From a virus (taxonomy: Duplodnaviria; Caudoviricetes), in the IMG/VR virus record IMGVR_UViG_3300022893_000001, positions 1-64,000 of that record: a stretch of DNA of 64,000 nt; one strand, 5' to 3'. Below, in pieces: positions 45,778 to 53,707 of the stretch. The translations under genes were made by a program, and so were the position numbers. How positions within the stretch are numbered: position 1 is the stretch's first letter; each line of letters starts with the position of its first letter. The notes under the pieces were generated by a model that saw only the letters and a list, made by a program, of their open reading frames with translations, was not told the DNA's origin and ran no database searches.

Positions 45778-46114
45778 ACCCGAGGAGCGGTTCGCGCTCA
45801 CCTGGAAGACGCTCAAGGGCCCGGCGTTCGAGCGCGAGTACCGCTTCTGCGAGCGGAAGTGGCGCTTCGATTTCGCCTGGCCGGCCGCGAAGGTTGCCGT
45901 GGAGATCGAGGGCGGGATTCACGATCACGGGCCAAGCCGCGGCTATCACCTTCGCAAGGCCGGCTTCTTGAAAGATGCCACCAAATATAACCGCGCGGCG
46001 GTCCTGGGCTGGAGGGTAATGAGATTAGCGCCCTCCCAGATCCAGCCTGGGACGCTCATCGAACTGGCCGAAATGATCGAGGAGGTGCTTAGTGGACGAC
46101 AAAGAGATACTTGA
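45722..46114 (+). CDS. PD-(D/E)XK endonuclease (DUF559/Vsr-like)
   Basis: EREYRF..RKWRFDFAWP..KVAVEIEGG..D..KYN.A..LGWRV; start uncertain. Confidence 0.85.
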   Translation: MKTRSKPSSKPRIPRAPSEPEERFALTWKTLKGPAFEREYRFCERKWRFDFAWPAAKVAVEIEGGIHDHGPSRGYHLRKAGFLKDATKYNRAAVLGWRVMRLAPSQIQPGTLIELAEMIEEVLSGRQRDT

Positions 46115-46301
46115 GCGGGTCCGGGAGGCCATCGCCTGCCTGGACGAGGCTGCTTGGGCCACCCAGATGAACACGCGCGAGCAGCGCAAGCTGCACACCC
46201 GCATTCAGGACGCTGGCGACCGGCTGATCGAGGTGCGCGAGGAACTCCAGGTGCGGATCGCGGCCCGAGAGAACCTCGCGCGTGTGCTTGAGCGGAAGTG
46301 A
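46092..46301 (+). CDS. Small coiled-coil protein
   Basis: RBS GGAGG before GTG; heptad pattern. Confidence 0.65.
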   Translation: MDDKEILERVREAIACLDEAAWATQMNTREQRKLHTRIQDAGDRLIEVREELQVRIAARENLARVLERK

Positions 46302-46303
46302 GC

Positions 46304-46726
46304 CTACTTAGGCTGCGCTATCGGAGGTGTCGGAGGCTTGGGACCGCTGGGGCCGGTAGGAGGCTTGCCATCAGCGTCCACTAGAATCCAGCGATACCTG
46401 GAATGCTCGGTCCCGACCACGAAGACCAACAGCCAGCACTTGCCACTTACACCATCGCCGGGATTGAGCGGAGGCCAGATGGTCCCCGGAGGTGTGGGCG
46501 CAGGCGGTATCGGCAGCGTATTGTCCGGACGATCAGGAATGTGGATCGGGTAGGAGGGATGCCCGCCCGAGGGCAGCGTATTGTCAGGGAGGTTGACGCC
46601 TGGGGGCGTGGGAGGCAGCACGATGGGATTCGAGGGGCGGTTGATGCCTGGGTGTCCCTGGCCGTAGCCGGGATCGATGGGGTTGCCGCTGGCGTCGACG
46701 GGAGTGATGATCGCGAGTTGGCTCAT
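46304..46726 (-). CDS. Pro-rich protein (PDNTLP repeats), antisense to the operon
   Basis: Coherent protein from ATG 46726; repeated PDNTLP and C-terminal WLLVFVVG..YRWILV; TATCAT 6 nt upstream suggests a leaderless start. Confidence 0.65.
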   Translation of the reverse strand: MSQLAIITPVDASGNPIDPGYGQGHPGINRPSNPIVLPPTPPGVNLPDNTLPSGGHPSYPIHIPDRPDNTLPIPPAPTPPGTIWPPLNPGDGVSGKCWLLVFVVGTEHSRYRWILVDADGKPPTGPSGPKPPTPPIAQPK

Positions 46727-46761
46727 GCCGGCATGATACCCCGAAAAACCCAAAAAACACC

Positions 46762-46791
46762 TTGCGCAAAGGGAATTGCTATTGATAGACT
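46762..46791 (+). promoter_or_regulatory. Promoter for replication genes with TTGCGCAA palindrome on the -35
   Basis: TTGCGC (46762-46767)-N18-TAGACT (46786-46791) with TGn extension; A-tracts upstream. Confidence 0.55.
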
Positions 46792-46844
46792 TGACCCGTT
46801 CGACGGAAGCGGTTCGGCTGATCACTGAACTGTACGAACGATTC

Positions 46845-46913
46845 TGCTAAGGCCACCGGGGGGTTTCCAAGACCTTCTTTCCGCTCCCCGGAGCCTTGGC
46901 AAGAGAAAGAAGG
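46845..46913 (+). ncRNA. Candidate cis-regulatory pseudoknot in initiator 5' leader
   Basis: Stem 46845-46863 / 46884-46901; loop segment CCTTCTTTC (46873-46881) is the exact complement of GAAAGAAGG (46905-46913), which covers the RBS. Confidence 0.5.
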
Positions 46914-46918
46914 CCACG

Positions 46919-47788
46919 ATGGCGCGAACCCGTAATATAAAACCGGGGTTCTTCCGAAACGAAGACCTCGCCGAGCTTGGCGCGTATGCCATGCTCCTCT
47001 ACGCTGGACTCTGGACTATAGCTGACCGTGAAGGTCGACTGGAGGACAGACCCAAGCGAATCAAGGTTGACGTGCTTCCTTACTTCGATCAGCCGGTCGA
47101 TGAGTTGCTTGATTCCCTTGCAAAGGCGGGGTTTATCATTCGCTACGACGGGTTCATTGCGATCCCCACATGGGCGAAGCATCAGAATCCCCACGTCAAG
47201 GAAACACCGAGCATCATACCTGCACCAGACGAGAACCGGACTAGCACAGTGCAAGAACCGGACAAGAACAGTTCTAGCCGGGCCTTAACCCTTAACCCTT
47301 CTTCCTTAACCCTTAACCCTTCCTCCCTTCCTGCCGCTGTCGCGGCTGAGTGTGTTCCCTCAAAGATTGTTTTTTCTCCTGATACCGAGAACACTTCAGT
47401 TCTAGTAACCCGCTCAAAAGCCCGTTGGGAAGTCGATGACCAATACGCGGCGTTCGTCTCGACGTGGCGGGAAGCGCAACCCAACTGCCTCCCCAGCGAA
47501 TTCGAAGCCGCCTATCGGCCCTTCCTGGCCCTCGCCTTCGAGCAGAGGGTAGCGGCGGTCAGGGGAATCACTCAGCGCCTCAGGACAGGCACCTGGACGC
47601 CGGTCAAGTGGCGAATGTGCGGGAAGCCCGTCGCCTACCTCCAGGAGGAATGGAAGCGCATCATCCCCGATGTAGTCGAGATCCCCCGGAAGCTATCGAA
47701 GACAGAAACGCTGATGTCCGAAATGTTTGAAGAGGCGGAGGAGGAGGATAGACGTCGTGCACAAGCTAACCGCAGCACAGGCAACTAG
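46919..47788 (+). CDS. Phage replication initiator (lambda O-like)
   Basis: MARTRNIKPGFF..EDL...LLY.GLWT.ADREGRLEDRP.RIK winged-helix N-terminus; repeats in the linker. Confidence 0.88.
   Translation: MARTRNIKPGFFRNEDLAELGAYAMLLYAGLWTIADREGRLEDRPKRIKVDVLPYFDQPVDELLDSLAKAGFIIRYDGFIAIPTWAKHQNPHVKETPSIIPAPDENRTSTVQEPDKNSSSRALTLNPSSLTLNPSSLPAAVAAECVPSKIVFSPDTENTSVLVTRSKARWEVDDQYAAFVSTWREAQPNCLPSEFEAAYRPFLALAFEQRVAAVRGITQRLRTGTWTPVKWRMCGKPVAYLQEEWKRIIPDVVEIPRKLSKTETLMSEMFEEAEEEDRRRAQANRSTGN
47232..47322 (+). repeat. Iteron-like repeats in initiator gene (candidate origin)
   Basis: AGAACCGGAC at 47232 and 47254; CCTTAACCCTTAACCCTTC at 47283 and 47304; T-rich run follows. Confidence 0.6.
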
Positions 47789-48290
47789 ACAGGTCAACCG
47801 GCTGAGTGGGCTCCCCCGGTTCGCCGAACTGGGCAAGCCGGGAATCGCCGAGATGGTCCGGGTACTGTGCGACCGTGCCTCGGACGAGGACCATGCCGAG
47901 CGCACGGTGACCCGGTGGATCGACACGAGCAAGTGGCTCCCCAGTTGTGCGGAGCTCGTGGAGGCGCTCGACGCAACGCCCGAGAAAGCCCTGTCGCTCA
48001 AGCCGAACTGGGAGTGCGAGCACTGCCAGGGCAGCGCCTACGAGCGGATCTGGCTCCTGGTGACCTACGTGCGCCATCCGAGCGGGCACCAGAAAGAGTG
48101 CGAGGAGAAGGAAATTACGGCCGAGGTGGCCCAGCAACTGATGAACGAGGTCGACGGGCACTTCCAGAAAGTCTGTAGCGCGGTCAAGTATTGCCGGTGT
48201 AAGTTTGGGCAGGAGATCAAGCGGCTTCGCCTCATCAAGATGGCCGAGAACGAAGACAAAGCGCACCGGGGCAGCAAGAGGGAAAAGTGA
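47757..48290 (+). CDS. Putative helicase loader/replication partner with Zn-binding Cys
   Basis: Follows initiator; ..TSKWLPSCAEL motif; CEHC and CRC; GTG after GGAGGA. Confidence 0.5.
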   Translation: MHKLTAAQATRQVNRLSGLPRFAELGKPGIAEMVRVLCDRASDEDHAERTVTRWIDTSKWLPSCAELVEALDATPEKALSLKPNWECEHCQGSAYERIWLLVTYVRHPSGHQKECEEKEITAEVAQQLMNEVDGHFQKVCSAVKYCRCKFGQEIKRLRLIKMAENEDKAHRGSKREK

Positions 48291-49045
48291 AGGAAGTTCA
48301 ACTCGCTTTCGATTACTTCACGCTCGACGCCGAGACGCGAGCTTACGTGCAGGAGCGGGCCGAACGCATCCACAACCTTGCCAGGATGAGCGCCTCAAGT
48401 ATCGTGCAGATCGGGCAGTACCTGGGCCAGGTGAAGGAGCGGATCGGTCACGGCAACTTCCTGGGCTGGATCGGGCAGGAGTTCAACTGGTCCGAGCGAA
48501 GCGCGCAGCGGTTCATACAGGTACATGGGCAGTTCAAATCCGCCAAATTGGCGGATTTGGAGATCGACTTGAGCGCGCTCTACCTGATCGCCGCGCCATC
48601 GATGCCCGAGCCGGTACGTGCCTCGGTCATGCGCCGTGCCGAGAACGGCGAGCCGGTGACCCGCATGGGTACGCGCGCCCTCGTGCAGCGGTTCGCCGAG
48701 ACTGGCGAGATGCCCGAGGAAGACGTGACGCTCGACGAACTGATTAAAGAGCGGATAGCTTTACGCGCCCCCGCGCCGCCGCCGCGATTGAAGCCCTCGC
48801 CGGCCGAGGAAGCCCGCCTCAGGGAACTCGACAAAATGCGCGCCCAAGCGAAGCTCAACGGTGAGCGCAACTTCAAAATCTTCAGCGTCGTCCACGCTAT
48901 CGAGGCGTTGAACGGGACTGAATTTACAGCCAAGGAACTAGCCGGTGAAATCCTGAAGATGGATACGCCCGACAAAGACTGGCGGGGGCAATCGGAAGGT
49001 GCGCGGCGAATGCTCGCGGCCATTTGTCAGGAGTTGAAGAAGTGA
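48287..49045 (+). CDS. DUF3102-domain protein
   Basis: IVQIGQYLGQVKERIGHGNFLGWIGQEFNWSERSAQRFIQV; SALYLIAAP. Confidence 0.85.
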   Translation: MKEVQLAFDYFTLDAETRAYVQERAERIHNLARMSASSIVQIGQYLGQVKERIGHGNFLGWIGQEFNWSERSAQRFIQVHGQFKSAKLADLEIDLSALYLIAAPSMPEPVRASVMRRAENGEPVTRMGTRALVQRFAETGEMPEEDVTLDELIKERIALRAPAPPPRLKPSPAEEARLRELDKMRAQAKLNGERNFKIFSVVHAIEALNGTEFTAKELAGEILKMDTPDKDWRGQSEGARRMLAAICQELKK

Positions 49046-49560
49046 CCACCAACCGCACATACACGATGATTGAACTCGTCGAGGAGGCTCTCGACTCTAC
49101 AGGGAGTGCCAAGACGGTAGAAGTCCGGAGGTGGATGCAGTTGAATCGGCGCGTCAGTCTCGATGAGCATTTCTGCCTCATCGAGGCCGAGGGACTGGAC
49201 GCCATGATCCGCCGCTACCGCAAGTCGCGTGACCGCACACCGGAGGAGGAAGCTGATGGCTTCAGCCTCTGCTTCGATTTCGGTTTGGAACAGATCGAGC
49301 TTCCTTCGGAAATCTCCGTGCCGGTTGACATGAACAACGTCGCGTACGGATCTTGCGATTGGCCTCTGCTCGAAGAAGCCACGCTTGACGATCTCGACAA
49401 ACACATGGTCCTGCTCCACGTACAGCAGATTCAACTGGGTGTCAGCCGCGAGAACATACTGAGGCTGCGCCAAGCGGCCGCTTCTATCGTGCCGGGACGC
49501 ACCGACATTCCCTTGCGCGTGCTGCGGGAGATTGCCCGAGGCGAGAGGCAATCTCCCTAG
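49042..49560 (+). CDS. Hypothetical protein
   Basis: GTGA coupling to DUF3102 gene; last rightward gene. Confidence 0.65.
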   Translation: MTTNRTYTMIELVEEALDSTGSAKTVEVRRWMQLNRRVSLDEHFCLIEAEGLDAMIRRYRKSRDRTPEEEADGFSLCFDFGLEQIELPSEISVPVDMNNVAYGSCDWPLLEEATLDDLDKHMVLLHVQQIQLGVSRENILRLRQAAASIVPGRTDIPLRVLREIARGERQSP

Positions 49561-49564
49561 CGGT

Positions 49565-49960
49565 TTACTGGACGTCGCCGAAGGTGATGATGACCTCCCC
49601 GTTGTTGCGAACGGTGAGCGCCGTGCCATCCGGCCAGGTGAAACAGCCGAACTGGAGGCCGGCTCCCTTCATCGTCTCCGTCGTCTCGCGCAACTGATCG
49701 AGCACCTCGCGGAGCGGGCCCATGTTGCCGGCCACGGTGAGCGCCGTCGCTGCCTTGGCCGCTTTGTTCTCGTGTTTCGGGCTCAGTCTGATGCTCAACT
49801 CCTCGTCTGCCCACTTTGAAAGCCGCTTGGCGGCGGCTTTGATCGGATCGGCGGATTTGGCATCAGCGGCGGCTTCCCGCTTCTCTCTTTGCTGGCGCGC
49901 GTACCAGTCGCGCGAGTACTGCCGCGCTTTCTCTTTCTGTGCTTCCGTTTTCTTTGCCAT
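49565..49960 (-). CDS. Hypothetical protein, basic N-terminal helix
   Basis: RBS AGGAGA; ATG 49960. Confidence 0.65.
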   Translation of the reverse strand: MAKKTEAQKEKARQYSRDWYARQQREKREAAADAKSADPIKAAAKRLSKWADEELSIRLSPKHENKAAKAATALTVAGNMGPLREVLDQLRETTETMKGAGLQFGCFTWPDGTALTVRNNGEVIITFGDVQ

Positions 49961-50061
49961 ATACTGGGGTTCTCCTGTCAGTAGTGTTCGGTTTGGTTCT
50001 GTTGATGCAGGCACCTGAGGAGCGGAGTTCTTGGAGGACTTCCGCCCCTCAGGGGCTCTCA

Positions 50062-50373
50062 TCAGAGCTTGCGATACTCCTCGCGATGGAACTCGCACAG
50101 CAAGAACGGGCAGTCGTTGATCCCGTCGTAGTCGACGGCCCGCACCTTCCCTGAGCACTTGGGCCCCGGCATCCGGCAAGCGTCCTGCGGGCCCCACGAG
50201 TCGTGGCCGGTCCAATCCCTGTCATCGCCCGGCGGGACCAGCCGCTCGAAGATCTGCTCGCGGATTGCTTGCTCGATCTCGACCGGCTTGACCTCGGCGA
50301 TCTTGGCGATCTCCTTGATCGAGCGCCCCGAGAGGAACTCGACCCACATGGCGCGCGGCTCTCTGAGCATCAC
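50062..50373 (-). CDS. HTH (sigma region-4-like) plus Cys-rich tail
   Basis: FLSGRSIKEIAKIAEVKPVEIEQAIR; C..PGPKC...LLCEFH. Confidence 0.65.
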   Translation of the reverse strand: MMLREPRAMWVEFLSGRSIKEIAKIAEVKPVEIEQAIREQIFERLVPPGDDRDWTGHDSWGPQDACRMPGPKCSGKVRAVDYDGINDCPFLLCEFHREEYRKL

Positions 50374-51008
50374 AGGGGGATCCATTTCTCGAACCGCGCC
50401 ATCGCCCGTTCGAGCGCCTGGAGGCCCCCCGGCTCCTCCCTCGCCACCGCTTCGAGAGCCGGGAGCCCGCCGTCAATCGAGGCGATCACCTCGGAGCGCG
50501 TGGCCTCCCGTCCCTCGCAGTACCACTCGACGAATTCGGGCTCGCCCATCTGGAGGAGCGGCCCGGTTTCGCTCCGGAAGATCTCGTAGTGGCGGGTCAC
50601 CCAGAGCATGGCGACGCCGGGATTGCGCGTGAGAGCCAGGCCCGGCGCGTTCTCCACCAGTTGGGCGTTGTTCATCCGCTCGTCCTCGCGGCGCACCATC
50701 CGCGGATTCGAGAGGAACGGGCAGTTCTTGGCAGACCAGGTCGCGCACTCCTGGTGCGACGGGGGCTCGGACGACGTCCGGTTGACGCCGCACATGGGCC
50801 CGGCGACGAAGACCTTGTAGACGCCAAGCGGCTCGCCGCAGACCCAGCACAGCCGGCGCTTGACGGCGGCGGTGAACTTCTTGGGATCCATCGCGCGGAA
50901 CTCGGGCAGACCGTCCACGTAGGCGACGAACCAGGGAATGGGAACGCCACGGTCAGTGAGCTTCAGGGAGCGCATACGCTCGGGGAGGGTTTCGAGGTTG
51001 ATGGTCAT
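50370..51008 (-). CDS. Conserved phage protein with Cys/His metal-binding motif
   Basis: GVPIPWFV..P.FR..RRLCWVCGEPL..GPMC..EPPSHQECA..CPFL. Confidence 0.75.
   Translation of the reverse strand: MTINLETLPERMRSLKLTDRGVPIPWFVAYVDGLPEFRAMDPKKFTAAVKRRLCWVCGEPLGVYKVFVAGPMCGVNRTSSEPPSHQECATWSAKNCPFLSNPRMVRREDERMNNAQLVENAPGLALTRNPGVAMLWVTRHYEIFRSETGPLLQMGEPEFVEWYCEGREATRSEVIASIDGGLPALEAVAREEPGGLQALERAMARFEKWIPL
50985..51008 (-). repeat. Direct repeat copy 2 flanking the recombinase (ATGACCATCAACCTCGAAACCCTC)
   Basis: Matches 51791-51811 with 12-bp exact core, one mismatch and one 3-nt indel. Confidence 0.8.
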
Positions 51009-51811
51009 AGTTTGATTGCATCGCACGCCGGATTGGCGAGGTCTACGGTCGAATGGAGGTAGCGGTTGGTGACCGCCACCGAGGAATGCCCCAAGGTCAA
51101 CTGGATCTGGGTCAGGTCTGCTTTGCCCTTCATGGCGAGCCGGGCGAACGTCCTCCGCAGATCGTGCGGAGCCAGTTGCGGCACGCCGATCCGCTTGCCG
51201 GCGGCTTTCACCACCGCGTGAATGTGGTCCGGTGTCAGCCCCTCGTCAGCCGCCCGGCCGCGCCAGACCCGCCGGATCACCGGGCCCGTGGAGATGCCCG
51301 CCGCCTCGATCCAGCAATTTAACGGCAGGATGGCCCAGGACGGCACGGGGACCGTCCGGACCCGCCGGCCCTTGCCAACCAGGTCCAGAAGCACCAGACG
51401 CCCGTCCAGGCTCTGCAAGTGGGCAAATTTCAGGTCTGAGAGCTCTGAGCGGCGGAGGGCGCAGCCGGCGAGCAGCGCCAGGAGACAGCGGTCGCGGGTC
51501 TGAACCAGGTCTTCGCCGCCTGGCGCGAGGAGATCGGACACCTGTTCGAGCGAGAGCCAGGTTCCCATCCGCACGCCGCGTACCGGGATCGCCTTCATGT
51601 ACTGGATGGCGGGATCGGCCCCCTCGGCCCGCGCCTTGAATTTGAGCGCGCTGAGTTTGACGTTGCAGGTTGACGGCGCGGCCCCCTGGTCCCGGTAGGC
51701 GGCGATGTAGGACTGGATGCCGGCGACAGTCAGTTCGCCATCGAAGTCGCGGTAGACCGCCGCGTAGCGGGCCCGCGAGTGCGGACTGTTGAGCGTTTCG
51801 AGGTTGGTCAT
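51005..51811 (-). CDS. Tyrosine recombinase (Xer/Cre-like, no arm-binding domain)
   Basis: Catalytic residues: LRRSEL (R), GKGRR (K), PHDLRRT (HxxR), LGHS (H), TNRY (Y); 268 aa. Confidence 0.93.
   Translation of the reverse strand: MTNLETLNSPHSRARYAAVYRDFDGELTVAGIQSYIAAYRDQGAAPSTCNVKLSALKFKARAEGADPAIQYMKAIPVRGVRMGTWLSLEQVSDLLAPGGEDLVQTRDRCLLALLAGCALRRSELSDLKFAHLQSLDGRLVLLDLVGKGRRVRTVPVPSWAILPLNCWIEAAGISTGPVIRRVWRGRAADEGLTPDHIHAVVKAAGKRIGVPQLAPHDLRRTFARLAMKGKADLTQIQLTLGHSSVAVTNRYLHSTVDLANPACDAIKL
51791..51811 (-). repeat. Direct repeat copy 1 flanking the recombinase (ATGACCAACCTCGAAACGCTC)
   Basis: Start of recombinase gene duplicates the start of the downstream gene. Confidence 0.8.
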
Positions 51812-52011
51812 CGCGGCATCCTTGCGAGCCGGTCGAGTTCGGCGTCGACGCCCCGTTGCAACTCGGGATCTTTCATCGCGTTCCGGTACGTCATCGCCCC
51901 GGCGATGAACGTGCCATGCAGCACGGCGAAGGCAACCGGAATTTTCGGCATGGGATGGCCTTCGAGGATCTGGTCGATCCAGGCGTTAAACTTCTCGCGC
52001 AGGTAGGTCAT
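51808..52011 (-). CDS. Small helical protein (TFIAGA motif)
   Basis: ATGA coupling to recombinase; paralogue of 52165-52481. Confidence 0.7.
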   Translation of the reverse strand: MTYLREKFNAWIDQILEGHPMPKIPVAFAVLHGTFIAGAMTYRNAMKDPELQRGVDAELDRLARMPR

Positions 52012-52168
52012 CGCTTCTCCCCTCCTTCTGCCGGATCAGATCGTTGGCGAGGGCCATGCTCTTTGCGACAAGCCCAGGCTTGCCATCCCTCGAAGCGGCT
52101 CCGCCCCCCAGTCCCAGGAGGAACACGAGCATCTGAAAATCGCCTTCGGACAACTCGAACCGGATCAT
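51986..52168 (-). CDS. Hypothetical protein
   Basis: Coupled starts/stops within operon. Confidence 0.6.
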   Translation of the reverse strand: MIRFELSEGDFQMLVFLLGLGGGAASRDGKPGLVAKSMALANDLIRQKEGRSDDLPAREV

Positions 52169-52481
52169 TGGGGCGGCTCCTGTGCTTTCGCTTTCGCTTT
52201 TCGCGCCGAGGCAATAATGGCCTCTTCGACGGCTACCCTCTGCGCCCTTTGAATGTAGGCGAGAAACCCATCAATCTCGGCATCGATTAGCTGCCTCACC
52301 TGGCCGCTCGGATACTGGACAGCTTCGCGGTAGACCCGCGCCCCGGCAAAGAAGGTCGTGCGCAGCAGATCGAGCGTGAGCCGGTCCCGACCGTGCCGCT
52401 CGCCGCATCCGGCGCTTGTCCGTGGAACACATGATCGAGGTACTGCAGGAAGGATCTTTCCAGAGGGTTTTCTATCTTCAT
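52165..52481 (-). pseudogene. Frameshifted paralogue of 51808-52011
   Basis: MKIENPLERSFLQYLDHVFHG in one frame; LTLDLLRTTFFAGARVYREAV..IDAEIDGFL..EPPQ* in the -1 frame, ending in ATGA overlap with next gene. Confidence 0.7.
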
Positions 52482-52666
52482 CGCTTGGACTCCAGGCGCA
52501 CCCACATGCTCAGAATCAGCCGGGCTAGGATCTGTTCGGCCCGGTTGAGTTCCTCGGTCAGCCAGTAGTGGCCGCGCGGAGTCACGATCTCGACGTGGCC
52601 GTTCTCGAGAGCGGTAGCCGCAAAAGCGGGCATACGTGTTTCGTCAGGAATGCTAAGTACTATCAA
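52478..52666 (-). CDS. Hypothetical protein, first gene of leftward unit
   Basis: GAGGTG RBS 5 nt before TTG. Confidence 0.65.
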   Translation of the reverse strand: MIVLSIPDETRMPAFAATALENGHVEIVTPRGHYWLTEELNRAEQILARLILSMWVRLESKR

Positions 52667-52679
52667 CGTTTCACCTCAA

Positions 52680-52733
52680 AGTAAATATACCAATAATTTT
52701 GATGGCATAATATAGTTTACGAAGAATCACTCT
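52680..52733. promoter_or_regulatory. AT-rich divergent promoter region
   Basis: Minus-strand TGgTATATT (52684-52692) and plus-strand TGgCATAAT (52703-52711) extended -10 elements between divergent genes. Confidence 0.55.
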
Positions 52734-53048
52734 ATGCCACGAAAACGAAAGAAGCGCGTCCTGTCGCCAGCGCCCACCACTACCACTACCACCAAACCCA
52801 AACGCAAGAAGCACGTCCCCTCGCTCCAAGTCATGATGAAAGTGCTCAACCAGAAGGAGCTCGAATCGTTGCGCGAGAAAGCCACCCGGTATTCCATGTC
52901 GATGTCGGACTACCTGCGTGAGCGGGCCGGCTTCGACGCGGTGCGCCGGCCCATTGGACGCCCGGCGCGCAAGTTCCCCTGCCCGGTGTGCGCCGTAGTA
53001 GTCACCCAGACCGAATACCCCAAGCACATGAAGGAAGCCCATGCCTGA
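52734..53048 (+). CDS. Ribbon-helix-helix-like regulator fused to AT-hook-like motif and C2H2-like finger
   Basis: KELESLREKATRYSMSMSDYLRE; RRPIGRPARK; FPCPVC-x11-H-x4-H. Confidence 0.7.
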   Translation: MPRKRKKRVLSPAPTTTTTTKPKRKKHVPSLQVMMKVLNQKELESLREKATRYSMSMSDYLRERAGFDAVRRPIGRPARKFPCPVCAVVVTQTEYPKHMKEAHA

Positions 53049-53277
53049 GCCCATCGACGACATGTATGCCAAACTCCAGACGCAACGCGGGCTCATGAAA
53101 GCCATGCTCAAGCACGTTGGCGAGCCGGGGTTTTGCAAGGGCTGCGGGCAGGAGATCGCCTGGGTCTTCCATCGCGACACCAGCAAGAACACGCCCTACG
53201 ATCTCGATGGCACGAACCACTTCATCACCTGTCCCAAGGCGAAGGACTTCCGGCAGAAGAAGGCCGGCGGCGAATGA
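53041..53277 (+). CDS. Small C2HC zinc-binding protein
   Basis: FCKGCGQEIAW..TPYD.DG.NHFITCP. Confidence 0.75.
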   Translation: MPEPIDDMYAKLQTQRGLMKAMLKHVGEPGFCKGCGQEIAWVFHRDTSKNTPYDLDGTNHFITCPKAKDFRQKKAGGE

Positions 53278-53501
53278 GGAAGAAACTCAGCGATCACGAG
53301 CGCGACGTGGTGCGCGAAGCCATGCTGCACCTCGACCAGTCCGAGGAAGAGGTGATTCGCCTGGCGCTGCGGTTAGCCATCCGTGAGTACGAGAAGGAAG
53401 CGACCGTCTGCCAGAACTTCCCGCGCCTGAGCGAGCAGTTCGACCGCCAGCGCCGGGACTGCCAGCGGCTGCTTGCCAAGTTCGGGGAGCCCACCCAATG
53501 A
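53274..53501 (+). CDS. Hypothetical helical protein
   Basis: ATGA couplings on both sides. Confidence 0.65.
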   Translation: MRKKLSDHERDVVREAMLHLDQSEEEVIRLALRLAIREYEKEATVCQNFPRLSEQFDRQRRDCQRLLAKFGEPTQ

Positions 53502-53704
53502 ACCTTCCCAGGATCGCAACCGATCCGACGATGTCGTCGAACAAGCTCTACTTCATGCCGCAAGACGTGGTGGCGGCGCTGGGCCGGCTCTACCTCAAGT
53601 TGTACTGGGGCGAGATCACCCAGAGCGAATACGACGAGAAGGCCCAGGTCATTGTCGACGGGGCCAGTACCCGCATCGGCGTCATTCGAAATATCGGAGG
53701 ATAA
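53498..53704 (+). CDS. Hypothetical protein
   Basis: ATGA coupling. Confidence 0.65.
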   Translation: MNLPRIATDPTMSSNKLYFMPQDVVAALGRLYLKLYWGEITQSEYDEKAQVIVDGASTRIGVIRNIGG

Positions 53705-53707
53705 TAA

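Noticed and set aside
49990-50062. Minus-strand CTGATGAG followed by hairpins, resembling a hammerhead ribozyme
   Set aside because: The required stem II closure and GAAA are missing (GGAAG follows); better explained as an ordinary long intergenic hairpin.
52462-52470. A-AAC-CCT slippery-like heptamer as the cause of the 52165-52481 frameshift
   Set aside because: Shifting there would discard the segment that aligns with the paralogue; the break is about 20 codons later.
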